Shown here in pieces: positions 8,654 through 17,791 of a stretch of DNA of 64,000 bases (position 1 is its first letter; every line of letters starts with the position of its first letter). The notes under the pieces were generated by a model that saw only the letters and a program-made list of their open reading frames with translations, searched no databases and was not told the origin of the DNA. Location: the NCBI GenBank assembly GCA_022787165.1, contig JALFVL010000004.1:192425-256424 (forward strand), read 5' to 3'. The DNA comes from Clostridiales bacterium (GTDB lineage Bacteria > Bacillota > Clostridia > Christensenellales > Aristaeellaceae). The position numbers and the translations under genes are program-made.

Positions 8654-10887
8654 GGCTTTTCCCCCGGCGCGCCGCCCGCCGCGGCCTGCGTCTCCTTCTT
8701 TTCCTCCGTCTTGGGCATAGCCCTCTTCTCCGCCGCGGCCCCGGCCTGACGCTGCTGCGCATGCTTCTGTGCGCGGCGCAGGTCGACACTCGGGTACTCG
8801 ATTCGCTCGTGGAAGACGCCTTGAAGCACGGTTTCAAACGCCGCGCAGATGCTGTCAATGTCTCTGAAGGTCAGCGTGCATTCGTCGAGCTGGCCATCCT
8901 CCATTTTGCCGCGCACGAGCTTGCGGATCATCGCGGAGATCTTCGCCTGCGTCGGCTCCGGAATGGAGCGCACAGCCGCCTCAACCGTGTCCGAGAGCAT
9001 CAGAATCGCCGCCTCGGAGGTCTGAGGCTTCGGGCCATCATAGCGGAAATCGGAGAGATCAACGTTCTCCTCGCCCAGCTGTTTGACCGCTTTGGCATAG
9101 AAATACATGACCGGCGTGTCGCCGTGATGCTGGCGGATCATGTCGATAATCGGTTCCGGCAGATGATGCTTCCTGGCCAGCTCAACGCCATCGCGCGTGT
9201 GCTCGGTCAGAATGGCCGTCGAGACGCGCGGATCGGTCTTGTCGTGCGGGTTTTCGCCCAGCTGGTTTTCCTTGAAGTAGACCGGCCGGACGAGCTTGCC
9301 AATGTCGTGATAATATGCGCCGACGCGCGCGAGCAGCGCGTTTGCGCCCACCGCCTCCGCGGCCGCCTCAGCCAGGTTGGCGACGACCATCGAATGATGA
9401 TAGGTGCCCGGCGTCTCGATCATCAGCCGGCGCAGCAGCGGTTGATTCGGGTTGGAAAGCTCAATGAGCTTGCCGGGCGTAACCAGGTTGAAGGCCGACT
9501 CGAGCATCGGCTGAAGGCCGACACAGAGCACGGCGGAAACAAACGCGCCCATCACGGCATGGCCGCCGATGGTCAGCAGGTTGCTCCCGTCGCTCGTGGT
9601 CAGCAGGCTGATGCAGATGAGCACGACCGCGTCGATCAGGCCCACGATCAGGCCTGTCACGAGCACAAACACGCGCGTCGGATTGCGCCGCATCAGGAAA
9701 ATCGCCGTCGTGCCGCCAATAGAGGTCATCAGCAGCACGCTGAGCATCTGCGAGGTCACAATGCCCGTGCCCTTGACAGTCAGGAACGTAACCAGCAGCG
9801 CAGTTGCGGCATTGATGACGATCGCGGGCTTGACACCCATCAGGTTCACCACCAGCATCGCCGCCAGCACGACCGGCATCGCGCTCACGCTGATGTAGCG
9901 CCCAATGAGCAGCGAGAGCATGATCGTCAACACGCCGGCGATCAGCAGCACGAGCGTGCTCAAACCGGTGGAATAGAGCTCCGGCGCAAACATCTCGGTG
10001 AACAGGAAGATCGCGCCCAGAATCAGCGCGAGAATCACCGCCGCGCCCACATAGAGCCAGGCGTCAAAGCTGTTTCCGCGCAGCAGGCCCAGCGATTCGA
10101 GCACGGCAATCTGCTCCGCGCTGACGCGGTCGCCCTTGACGACGATGTTCTGATCCTGCTTGTAGACCGTCGGCTCAACGGCGTCCATCGCCTTCTGGCG
10201 GTTTTCCTCCGTCGCCTCCTGGTCGATGAGCATGTTGGGCTGCAGGCAGGCGCGCAGGGTCGGTATGGCGATGTTATACCACAGATCCGTGCGGGTATTG
10301 TAGGCAACAATCTGCTGAATGTTGCTGATGGCGTCGTTGATCTGGCCCTCGGTGATCGTGGAGACGAGCGTCGTGCGCGTCGCGGAGAGCAGGCTCTGAT
10401 TCAGCGTCTCAAAGTCTGTCTCCTCTGTGTTCATCAGTGTGCGCAGCTGGTAGCTGCTCAGCGTCAGGCGCGTCAGCAGGCCCGCCCCCTGCTCATAGTC
10501 ATCCTCCGTGAAGCTATCGCCGCTCTCCGTCCAGCCCGCCTTGATCTGAGCGCCCAGCTCTCGCACGGCGCGCAGCTCGGAGAAGCTGGCCTCCATGTCC
10601 GAAAGAACCGTCTCGGCAATCGTGTCGTCCTTGTAATAGACCGGCGAGACCGCGTCCGCCGCCGCCTGGCGGCGTCGCTCCGTCGTGATTTCGTCGACAA
10701 TATCCTTGCTGGCCGTGATCGTCTTGGGCGCGACGTCGCCCACGGCAAGATCATACTGCTCCGGTGCAATCGCCAGCACGCAGATCAGCAGCAGCACGAC
10801 ATAGGTCACGCTCACATACAGCGCCTGCCTGACGCGCAGGCTCAGGCGGTCAATCCATGTCCTGCTGGTTTTCGGCGTTTCTTCCAT
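8650..10887 (-). CDS. pgpH: 7TM-HD membrane phosphohydrolase (PgpH/YqfF-like, putative c-di-AMP phosphodiesterase)
   Basis: ORF 8650..10956 trimmed to ATG 10887 (AAGGAGG 8 nt upstream). Extracellular N-domain, multi-TM block, C-terminal HD domain (YHHSMVVANLAE...YYHDIGK...HH). Confidence 0.9.
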   Translation of the reverse strand: MEETPKTSRTWIDRLSLRVRQALYVSVTYVVLLLICVLAIAPEQYDLAVGDVAPKTITASKDIVDEITTERRRQAAADAVSPVYYKDDTIAETVLSDMEASFSELRAVRELGAQIKAGWTESGDSFTEDDYEQGAGLLTRLTLSSYQLRTLMNTEETDFETLNQSLLSATRTTLVSTITEGQINDAISNIQQIVAYNTRTDLWYNIAIPTLRACLQPNMLIDQEATEENRQKAMDAVEPTVYKQDQNIVVKGDRVSAEQIAVLESLGLLRGNSFDAWLYVGAAVILALILGAIFLFTEMFAPELYSTGLSTLVLLIAGVLTIMLSLLIGRYISVSAMPVVLAAMLVVNLMGVKPAIVINAATALLVTFLTVKGTGIVTSQMLSVLLMTSIGGTTAIFLMRRNPTRVFVLVTGLIVGLIDAVVLICISLLTTSDGSNLLTIGGHAVMGAFVSAVLCVGLQPMLESAFNLVTPGKLIELSNPNQPLLRRLMIETPGTYHHSMVVANLAEAAAEAVGANALLARVGAYYHDIGKLVRPVYFKENQLGENPHDKTDPRVSTAILTEHTRDGVELARKHHLPEPIIDMIRQHHGDTPVMYFYAKAVKQLGEENVDLSDFRYDGPKPQTSEAAILMLSDTVEAAVRSIPEPTQAKISAMIRKLVRGKMEDGQLDECTLTFRDIDSICAAFETVLQGVFHERIEYPSVDLRRAQKHAQQRQAGAAAEKRAMPKTEEKKETQAAAGGAPGEKP

Positions 10888-11860
10888 CGCGGTAATCCTC
10901 CTTTGCGCGGCGCGCGTGCGTGTCATAGGCGCGCACGATGGCCTGCACCAGCTCATGCCGCACGACGTCCTGATGCGTCAGCCGCATGACGGCGATATCC
11001 TCGATTCCCTCAAGCACCTCGACGGCCTCGGTCAGGCCGCTGCGCTTTCCACGCGGCAGATCAATCTGCGAGGGATCGCCCGTCACGACGATCCGGGAGC
11101 GGAAGCCCATGCGCGTCAGGAACATCTTCATCTGCTCCTGCGTCGTGTTCTGCGCCTCGTCGAGGATGATAAAAGCGTCCGAGAGCGTCCGTCCGCGCAT
11201 ATAGGCCAGCGGGGCCACCTCAATCACGCCGCGTTCCTGCATCCGCTGGCACGTCTCCGCGCCAAGCATCTCGAACATGGCGTCGTAAAGCGGGCGCAGA
11301 TAGGGGTCAACCTTCTGGTTCAGGTCGCCCGGAAGGAAGCCGAGCTTCTCTCCCGCCTCGACTGCCGGCCTCGTCAGTACGATGCGCTCCACGCTCTTGG
11401 CCTTGAGCGCCGCCACGGCCATCGCCATCGCCAGATAGGTTTTGCCCGTTCCCGCCGGGCCTATGCCGAAGGTCAGCGTGTTGCGCCGGATGGCGCGCAC
11501 ATATTCGCGCTGGCCCAGCGTCTTGCAGCGGATCGGCTTTCCGCGGAAGGTCGTCGCGACAACCTCCTGATACAGCGTATCCAGCGCGTCCAGCTCGCCC
11601 TTTTCCTCCAGAGAAACGGCGTATTGCACGACAGCCGGGTCGACGCGCTCGCCCCGCGCGCACATCGCACCCAGGCGGCGCAGAATCTCCCGCGCCCGCA
11701 GAACGTTCGCTTCGCCCTCTCCCTCCACGACAATCTCCCCGCCGCGCAGCGACACGCGAACCTCAAGCAGCTTTTCCAGCGCCTGCATGTTCTCATCGCC
11801 CGTGCCGAAGAGACTCTGAATGACGCCCGATTCCTGCGTCTCCTTCAAGTCCTCTGCCAA
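10850..11860 (-). CDS. phoH: PhoH-family ATPase
   Basis: Walker A GPAGTGKTYLA, PhoH signature ILDEAQN. I prefer the TTG start at 11860 (GGGAGG 9 nt upstream) over the track start 11941, which would overlap yqfD by 38 nt. Confidence 0.88.
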   Translation of the reverse strand: MAEDLKETQESGVIQSLFGTGDENMQALEKLLEVRVSLRGGEIVVEGEGEANVLRAREILRRLGAMCARGERVDPAVVQYAVSLEEKGELDALDTLYQEVVATTFRGKPIRCKTLGQREYVRAIRRNTLTFGIGPAGTGKTYLAMAMAVAALKAKSVERIVLTRPAVEAGEKLGFLPGDLNQKVDPYLRPLYDAMFEMLGAETCQRMQERGVIEVAPLAYMRGRTLSDAFIILDEAQNTTQEQMKMFLTRMGFRSRIVVTGDPSQIDLPRGKRSGLTEAVEVLEGIEDIAVMRLTHQDVVRHELVQAIVRAYDTHARRAKEDYRDGRNAENQQDMD

Positions 11861-11903
11861 AAGAGCAGACCTCCCGTAATGTACGTTTCTGGGTTCGCCG
11901 CGG

Positions 11904-13034
11904 CTATGGCATTCTGGACGCGATATCGCGTTCATACTCAATCACAACTGTCGCATATACGAACTCATTATCTATCATACTATACTTTGCCCATTTGTCA
12001 AGCGTTTCAGCCCCGGCCGGACATCTGTTTTTTGCGATTTCCTCCGCCGCGCCCTGCGCCCGGCTGATCGCCTCTTCCCTGTCCCGGGGCGAACGGAAGA
12101 CGACGGTTTCCGCGTAGGTTTCAATTTTGCGATAGACCGGCAGATAGAGACCGACCAGCGGCTCCATGCGCACGCTCGCATCCTGGGAGGCAAACGGCTC
12201 CGCCTCCCTGACCACGCGCGTCTGCCACGGCGTGCAGAGCGTCACCCGGCTTCGCGTCTGCCCGGTCTCGACGGTTCTCTCCTCCCACAGGCGAACGCGC
12301 GCATCGCCGCGCGCCCAAACCCGGGCCACGACCTGTCCCTGCGCCCGCACGGCATACACGCCGCCTGCCCGGGTCCGCTCCTCGCCGCGCACGAGTACCT
12401 GACCGGCGCAGACCGCCTGTCCCTCCTCGACGAGCGGCGTGCCGCTTTGCACCCACAGCCGCGTGACGATGCCCGGCTCTGAGGCGATGAGATCAAGCCC
12501 TTCGCCCGGTACCTCCAGGCTCTCTCCCTCCCGGGCGTGCCGGCAGTCAATCAGCAGCGTGCTTCCCTCAAAGCGCACGCCCGCAAACACCAGCCCCGGC
12601 AGCGCATATTCAAGCCGTGCGCGCAGCGCATCTGTCGAAAGTCTGCGCTTGAGCCTGAACGGAACGGCGCCCGCGCCTCGCAGCTCCTCCCGGATGGCGG
12701 CAGCGTTCTCTCCCGCGCCCTCCACGCACACGCGCAGCAGCATCTGCGAGGAGGCATAGACCAGCATCGGGCAGAGCAGCGCGGCAGCCGCCAGCATTCG
12801 CCTTCGCGCCAGAAAGCGCCCCGCACGCAGCAAGGGCCCGGCGCGCAGCTCTCGCAGCTCCCAGCCATACCGCCTGCACAGCCCGTCAAGCGCCTTCCTC
12901 TGGCGCAGGCTCACGCGCACGCGCACGGCCCGATCCCCATCCCTGCGGACATCGCGAAGGACGAGCCCATCCTGTGCGGCGGCGCGCATCAGCTTTTCCA
13001 GGTTCAGCCCGCTGATCTCCATCAGGACGCTCAC
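11904..13034 (-). CDS. yqfD: Sporulation protein YqfD
   Basis: GTG start overlapping the yqfC stop (GTGA). N-terminal soluble domain plus a single TM (RRRMLAAAALLCPMLVYA) and C-terminal domain. Conserved position between yqfC and phoH. Confidence 0.8.
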   Translation of the reverse strand: MSVLMEISGLNLEKLMRAAAQDGLVLRDVRRDGDRAVRVRVSLRQRKALDGLCRRYGWELRELRAGPLLRAGRFLARRRMLAAAALLCPMLVYASSQMLLRVCVEGAGENAAAIREELRGAGAVPFRLKRRLSTDALRARLEYALPGLVFAGVRFEGSTLLIDCRHAREGESLEVPGEGLDLIASEPGIVTRLWVQSGTPLVEEGQAVCAGQVLVRGEERTRAGGVYAVRAQGQVVARVWARGDARVRLWEERTVETGQTRSRVTLCTPWQTRVVREAEPFASQDASVRMEPLVGLYLPVYRKIETYAETVVFRSPRDREEAISRAQGAAEEIAKNRCPAGAETLDKWAKYSMIDNEFVYATVVIEYERDIASRMP

Positions 13035-13327
13035 TGGCTCGCCCCCAGTCCATCCGGGCGGCCGTAGGTCACGCCGAGCAGCGAATCTCCGGCGATCAGC
13101 GCCGCGTCAAAGGAGAGCTCACGCATGCGCAATCCCTCGCCCGCCACAGTCAGCACGCCGTCGCCCGTTTGCAGCCGGATTCTCCGCGTTCCCAGCTCAA
13201 TGACGCCGCGCTGTCCCTCCACGAGCACCGCGCTGCGTCCGGTCAGCGTCACCCGCGCGCCGCCTGTCAGCGCGTCCTCCGGCAAGCCGATGGACAGCGC
13301 CAGCCGTCTTCTCCGCCTTCCCGCCAT
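13031..13327 (-). CDS. yqfC: Sporulation protein YqfC (YabP family)
   Basis: ORF 13031..13438 trimmed to ATG 13327 (AAGGAGGG RBS). Pattern LPEDALTGGARVTLTGRSAVLVEGQRGVIE is typical of YabP/YqfC. Confidence 0.8.
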   Translation of the reverse strand: MAGRRRRRLALSIGLPEDALTGGARVTLTGRSAVLVEGQRGVIELGTRRIRLQTGDGVLTVAGEGLRMRELSFDAALIAGDSLLGVTYGRPDGLGASQ

Positions 13328-13484
13328 GCGTCCGCCCTCCTTGCTGCGCCCATGCGCCGCGCGGACAGTGCCGTTCGTCCGCCTTTGAGGATATGAGCGC
13401 TCCCCGGCAGGCAGAACAGGCGGCGCTCTTCCTCCCAAGCGCTCCTGCTTCTACGGCCCATCAAGCAATCTCCGTCTTTTTCTG

Positions 13485-13517
13485 TAACGAAAAGAACCCG
13501 ACTGATGCCGGGTTCTT
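13485..13517 (-). terminator. Intrinsic terminator after the receiver-like gene
   Basis: Minus strand AGAACCCG-GCATCAGT-CGGGTTCT followed by TTTCGTT. Confidence 0.65.
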
Positions 13518-13527
13518 CCGCAAATCG

Positions 13528-14331
13528 TCAATGAGCCGTTCGCAGCGCGTTCTCGCGCCCAAGCGCGTAAAGGCTGTCATAGCGCACAACGCGTTTGATG
13601 TTGAGCATCAGCTCAAAATACTCCGCCAGCGCCTCCTGGCAGCGCTCCAGATGAACCATCATCTGCGCGTAGACCTCGTCCGCGGCCATATCCTCCCGCG
13701 GCAGGCCAATCAGACGCATGTGATGCGGATTGATGATCAGCAGCACGAAATGCATCCGATCGTCGCCGCTCTCGAAGATATTGCGCAACGCGTTTTCCAG
13801 GCGCTCGCGGCCATAGCGCCACACCTCGGCCAGGAAATAATCACCCTGCGGCAGCCGGAAGGAAGCCGTGCTCACGGGCCGTGCCGGATCGATGGTCTTC
13901 ATCTTCAGCTCGCGGATGCGCTCATCGATCTTCTCCCTGTCAACCGGCATGCCCCGCAGCATGTCGCAGAAGAATTCGCCCTGCATGGCGCGGGTCAGAT
14001 CGTCCACCTGCTTGAGCTGGCGCGCAGCATCCCGGGAGGAAAGCCTCCGCCTTGCGCTGCTGATCTCCTTGCGAAGCCGCGCCTCGTCGCGCGCCGTCTC
14101 CATGCCCAGCATTTCCGGCATTTTGGAAAGAAACGCAAAAAACCGTTTTCCGTCGCCCACGGAAAGCAGAGACGATACCGCGTCAAAGCGATTGTTTTGC
14201 AAACAGGCGATCCCCTCATCCGCATTTCTGGCCACGCTGGGTCGCTGAAAGCCCAGGTTTTCCCACTCCGGAAAGCGCTCGTAGAGATCCCGGATTTCCT
14301 GCTTGTCGGAAACCAACAGCAATTTATACAT
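13528..14331 (-). CDS. Receiver-like (YesN-type N-terminal region) protein without a recognisable output domain
   Basis: ORF 13528..14397 trimmed to ATG 14331 (GGAGG RBS). MYKLLLVSDKQEIRDL...RFDAVSSLLSV resembles CheY beta1/beta3, but the acceptor Asp position appears substituted. No AraC/OmpR/LuxR HTH recognised. Confidence 0.6.
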   Translation of the reverse strand: MYKLLLVSDKQEIRDLYERFPEWENLGFQRPSVARNADEGIACLQNNRFDAVSSLLSVGDGKRFFAFLSKMPEMLGMETARDEARLRKEISSARRRLSSRDAARQLKQVDDLTRAMQGEFFCDMLRGMPVDREKIDERIRELKMKTIDPARPVSTASFRLPQGDYFLAEVWRYGRERLENALRNIFESGDDRMHFVLLIINPHHMRLIGLPREDMAADEVYAQMMVHLERCQEALAEYFELMLNIKRVVRYDSLYALGRENALRTAH

Positions 14332-14395
14332 ATATCCTCCACCAAAGGGCCTGCAATCGGCGAAACAGATGACAAGATTACTTACAGACAGCATC

Positions 14396-14424
14396 ATTAT
14401 AGTGGAAAACGCCGTCTGTTACAA
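14396..14424 (-). promoter_or_regulatory. sigma-A-type promoter of the receiver-like gene
   Basis: Minus strand TTGTAA, 17 nt spacer, TATAAT. Confidence 0.55.
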
Positions 14425-14446
14425 GCGCCAATGAAAAGCTTATGTC

Positions 14447-14492
14447 AAAAAAATGAAAACTGTCCAAAACTCCATCAGGAATCTTGGACAGT
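14447..14492 (-). terminator. Intrinsic terminator after purB
   Basis: Minus strand ACTGTCCAA...TTGGACAGT stem followed by TTTTCATTTTTTT. Confidence 0.7.
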
Positions 14493-14527
14493 CCTCTCAT
14501 GAGAAAGGAACAGAAAACGCGAACAAA

Positions 14528-15826
14528 TCAATTCTCAAGCCCCAGACGGCGGAAGACCTCGTCCACATGCTTGTAGTGATAGGACAGATCGAAGCAGCTG
14601 TCCAGCTCCTCGTCCGTCAGATGCTCGCGCACGACCGGTTCCTGCTCGATCAGTTCGCGGAACGGACGCTTCTCCTCCCAGGCGCGCATGGCGTTGCGCT
14701 GCACGCAGTCATACGCCGTCTCGCGCAGCATGCCCTTTTCAATCAGCGTCAGCAGCACATGCTGGGAATTCGTCAGGCCGTAGGACATGCTCATGGAGCG
14801 CTCCATGTTCTCCGGATAGACGAACAGGTCGCCCAGGATGCGGTTCATCAGCGTGAGCATGTAATCAAGCAGCTGCGTCGCGTCCGGCAGGATGATGCGC
14901 TCTACGGAGGAATGACTGATATCCCGCTCATGCCAGAGCGCGACATCCTCCATCGCAGAGAGCGCATAGCCGCGCAGCACGCGGGAAAGGCCGCAGACCT
15001 TCTCGCAGTTGATCGGGTTGCGCTTGTGCGGCATCGCGGAAGAGCCCTTCTGGCCCGCGCGGAACGGCTCCTCGACCTCGCGAAGCTCGGTCTTCTGCAG
15101 GCCGCGAACCTCCGTCGCGTACTTCTCCAGACAGCTGCCGATGATCGCGATGGTCGTCATCAGCTCGGCATAGCGGTCACGCTGAAGCACCTGCGTGCTG
15201 ATGGGCGAGGCCTCCAGCCCCATCTTCTCGCAGACATACTGCTCGACAAACGGATCGACGTTGGCGTAGGTGCCCACAGCACCGGAGATCTTGCCCACGC
15301 GGATGGTCTTGTGCGCATGCTCCATGCGCTCCATGTTGCGCTTCATCTCGGCATACCAGAGCGCAAACTTAAGGCCCAGCGTCGTCGGCTCAGCGTGGAC
15401 GCCGTGCGTGCGGCCCATGCAGGGGGTCATCTTGTATTTGACCGCCTGGCGCGCAAGCGTGTCGATGAACGTGTGCATGTCGGCTTCGAGGATATCGCAG
15501 GCCTTGGAGACGATCGAGGAGAGCGCCGTGTCCACGACGTCCGTGCTCGTCAGGCCGAAATGCAGGTACTTGGATTCCTCGCCCAGGCTCTCCGCGACGC
15601 AGCGGGTGAACGCCACGACGTCGTGACGGGTCGATTCCTCGATCTCCTCAATGCGCTCGACGGTGAATTTCGCGTTCTTGCGCATGGCGGCGGCCGCCTC
15701 GGCAGGAACCTTGCCCAGCTTTACCCAGGCGTCGGTCGCGTTGAGCTCGACCTCCAGCCAGGTCTCAAACTTCTTCTGCTTGGTCCACAGCGCGGCCATT
15801 TCAGGGCGGGTATAGCGGTCGATCAT
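14528..15826 (-). CDS. purB: Adenylosuccinate lyase
   Basis: 432 aa. [10 protein letters not shown] start, fumarate-lyase signature GSSAMPHKRNP. Confidence 0.97.
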   Translation of the reverse strand: MIDRYTRPEMAALWTKQKKFETWLEVELNATDAWVKLGKVPAEAAAAMRKNAKFTVERIEEIEESTRHDVVAFTRCVAESLGEESKYLHFGLTSTDVVDTALSSIVSKACDILEADMHTFIDTLARQAVKYKMTPCMGRTHGVHAEPTTLGLKFALWYAEMKRNMERMEHAHKTIRVGKISGAVGTYANVDPFVEQYVCEKMGLEASPISTQVLQRDRYAELMTTIAIIGSCLEKYATEVRGLQKTELREVEEPFRAGQKGSSAMPHKRNPINCEKVCGLSRVLRGYALSAMEDVALWHERDISHSSVERIILPDATQLLDYMLTLMNRILGDLFVYPENMERSMSMSYGLTNSQHVLLTLIEKGMLRETAYDCVQRNAMRAWEEKRPFRELIEQEPVVREHLTDEELDSCFDLSYHYKHVDEVFRRLGLEN

Positions 15827-16542
15827 CAGTCGTTTCCTCCCATGAGGCGGCGCAGGATCTCCTGATACGCGCCCTCGACGTCGCCCAGATCGCGGCGGAA
15901 GCGGTCCTTGTCAAGCTTCTCGCCGGTCTTGCTGTCCCAGAAGCGGCAGGTGTCCGGGGAAATCTCGTCTGCCAGAACGATGCGGCCATCAAAGCGGCCG
16001 AACTCCAGCTTGAAATCGATCAGCTCGATATTGAGATCCTTCAGGTACGCGGTCAGCAGCTCGTTGATTTTGAGCGCCATCGAGGCAATCGTCTCGACCT
16101 CCTCGCGCGTGGCCAACTCCATCGCGGCGATGTGGTAGGTGTTGACCATCGGATCGCCGAGGTCGTCGTTTTTGTAGCAGAATTCGAGCACGGTGCTGTG
16201 CAGCTTCGTGCCCTCCGGCAGGCCCAGGCGCTTGGAGAGGCTGCCCGCCGCGATGTTGCGCACGATCACCTCAAGCGGAACAATCTGAACACGGCGGACG
16301 ACGCTGTCGCGCTCGTTCAGCTGCTCGACCAGGTGGGTCTCGATGCCATTCTTCTCAAGCATCTTGAACAGATGGTTGCTCACCAGGTTGTTGACGACAC
16401 CCTTGCCGACAATCGTACCCTTCTTCAGGCCGTTGAACGCGGTCGCATCGTCCTTGTAATGAATGATCGCCAGCGTCGGATCATCCGTAGCGAAGACCTG
16501 CTTCGCCTTGCCCTCATACATCATTTCAAGCTGCTTAGCCAT
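15826..16542 (-). CDS. purC: Phosphoribosylaminoimidazole-succinocarboxamide (SAICAR) synthase
   Basis: ORF 15826..16668 trimmed to ATG 16542 (AAAGGGG RBS). [13 protein letters not shown]...IPLEVIVRN...[14 protein letters not shown]. Confidence 0.95.
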   Translation of the reverse strand: MAKQLEMMYEGKAKQVFATDDPTLAIIHYKDDATAFNGLKKGTIVGKGVVNNLVSNHLFKMLEKNGIETHLVEQLNERDSVVRRVQIVPLEVIVRNIAAGSLSKRLGLPEGTKLHSTVLEFCYKNDDLGDPMVNTYHIAAMELATREEVETIASMALKINELLTAYLKDLNIELIDFKLEFGRFDGRIVLADEISPDTCRFWDSKTGEKLDKDRFRRDLGDVEGAYQEILRRLMGGND

Positions 16543-16658
16543 CAGTGTATCCCCTTTCTTCTCTCGGGCCGCCCTGCGCTGCCTTTGCAGCCCGGGCTCT
16601 GCGCAACGGACAACAATCAAAGAAAAACAGACAACGCCAAGTCTTTTGTTGCCCGAGT

Positions 16659-16687
16659 ATTGTATCAAAAATACTTCCCGGAATCAA
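16659..16687 (-). promoter_or_regulatory. sigma-A-type promoter of purC-purB
   Basis: Minus strand TTGATT, 17 nt spacer, TACAAT (TG-extended). Gives a ~110 nt GC-rich leader. Confidence 0.6.
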
Positions 16688-16804
16688 CAAATTGCCGACA
16701 GAACCTCGTCATTTTTTCAAAATCGTTCGTCTTTTGTTCCGTTTTACCAGCATTTATTTTCGGTTTCCATGCGTTTTTCAGCCCATTTTTGCAGATTCCC
16801 GGAC

Positions 16805-16845
16805 TTTTTTTCGCAAAGAAACGCCGCCTGAACATGCAGGCGGCG
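16805..16845 (-). terminator. Intrinsic terminator after the SH3b-repeat gene
   Basis: Minus strand CGCCGCCTG-CATGTT-CAGGCGGCG followed by TTTCTTTGCGAAAAAAAG. Confidence 0.7.
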
Positions 16846-16875
16846 CCGGTTTCTTCTGTTTGGAGGCGCGGCCGC

Positions 16876-17709
16876 TTACCAGCCATCCTTCGTCTGCGCC
16901 GCCCAGGAGGGAATGAAGGCATAGACCAGACCGTCTGCCTTGGTCAGCTCCGTCACCATATACCAGCCGTCGATCACATCCAGGCAGTCGTACTGCGCGC
17001 CGACCTTCACATCCTTCACGGCGGCGTAGTCGTCACCCGGCCCCGTGCGCATTGTCGTTGCGGCGGTCGTCGTGAGCCTCGTGCTCGCGCCGGTGTGATA
17101 ATTGCTCTCAAAGAACGTGTCGTAGTGGCGCACGCTCATCGGGATATAGGCGACCGCCGCGCCGCGCAGATTGACGATGTAAAAATCGTCGTAGAGGCCC
17201 ACGACGCGGTAACGCGTATGCTTGGCCAGCGAGCCGACCTTTTTGGCATTCGCATCCGGCGCGATGAACGCCGGCACATTGCTCTCCATCAGCACGATCT
17301 CCAGCGTGTTGCGCACAACGTAGCTCTTGTTGACCCAGGCGCTCTGTCCCTTGTAATCAATGCCGTAAAAGCCGCTCTGCTCGATAAAGCCGCTGCCGCC
17401 CTCCGCGGCGCGCAGCGAGAGCTTATCGCCAAAGCTCGCGCTGGCGAGCTTTTTGCTGTTCGTCCTCGGCTCCGCCCAAATGCTGACGCTCTTGCTGATG
17501 ACGGTCAGAAAATACGGATCCGCCGCGGTGATGCCGCCAAAGCCGTCCGTATCGACATAGCCGTCACCCTTCCGCACACAGGTGGCGAAATACACCTGCC
17601 CGAAGTGACGGCTGGTATGCGCCTGCGAATAGCCATCCGCCAGCGCCGCGCTCCCCAGCAGCAGCGCACAGCACAGCAGCGCCGCCGTCCATCCCTTCCA
17701 TCTCTTCAT
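16876..17709 (-). CDS. Secreted protein with three SH3b-like repeats
   Basis: ORF 16876..17928 trimmed to ATG 17709 (GGAAGGGA RBS). Signal peptide MKRWKGWTAALLCCALLLGSAALADG. Three repeats of the bacterial SH3 pattern (..VSIWAEP.., ..AFIAPDANAKKVG.., ..TMRTGPGDDYAAV..). Confidence 0.65.
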   Translation of the reverse strand: MKRWKGWTAALLCCALLLGSAALADGYSQAHTSRHFGQVYFATCVRKGDGYVDTDGFGGITAADPYFLTVISKSVSIWAEPRTNSKKLASASFGDKLSLRAAEGGSGFIEQSGFYGIDYKGQSAWVNKSYVVRNTLEIVLMESNVPAFIAPDANAKKVGSLAKHTRYRVVGLYDDFYIVNLRGAAVAYIPMSVRHYDTFFESNYHTGASTRLTTTAATTMRTGPGDDYAAVKDVKVGAQYDCLDVIDGWYMVTELTKADGLVYAFIPSWAAQTKDGW

Positions 17710-17791
17710 TAGAATCCCTTCCTTTCCGGCTTTTGCCGTTTGTCTTCTGTTCATAAGACGATTCTCATGTCCGGTTTCTTGCAGGCTTTTT

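Noticed and set aside
8761-10989. 742-aa plus-strand ORF
   Set aside because: It is antisense to the pgpH/phoH genes. The sequence is extremely Arg/His/Gln/Ala-rich and low in complexity, and no start context is present.
10850-11941. Long form of phoH overlapping yqfD by 38 nt
   Set aside because: The first 27 codons (MSMNAISRPECHSRGEPRNVHYGRSAL) look non-coding. A TTG with a GGGAGG RBS at 11860 gives a normal PhoH N-terminus.
16543-16875. Purine (guanine/adenine) or ZTP riboswitch upstream of purC
   Set aside because: I could not find the conserved junction nucleotides of the purine aptamer or the CCGCCUGGGC-type ZTP element. It is reported only as an unclassified structured leader.
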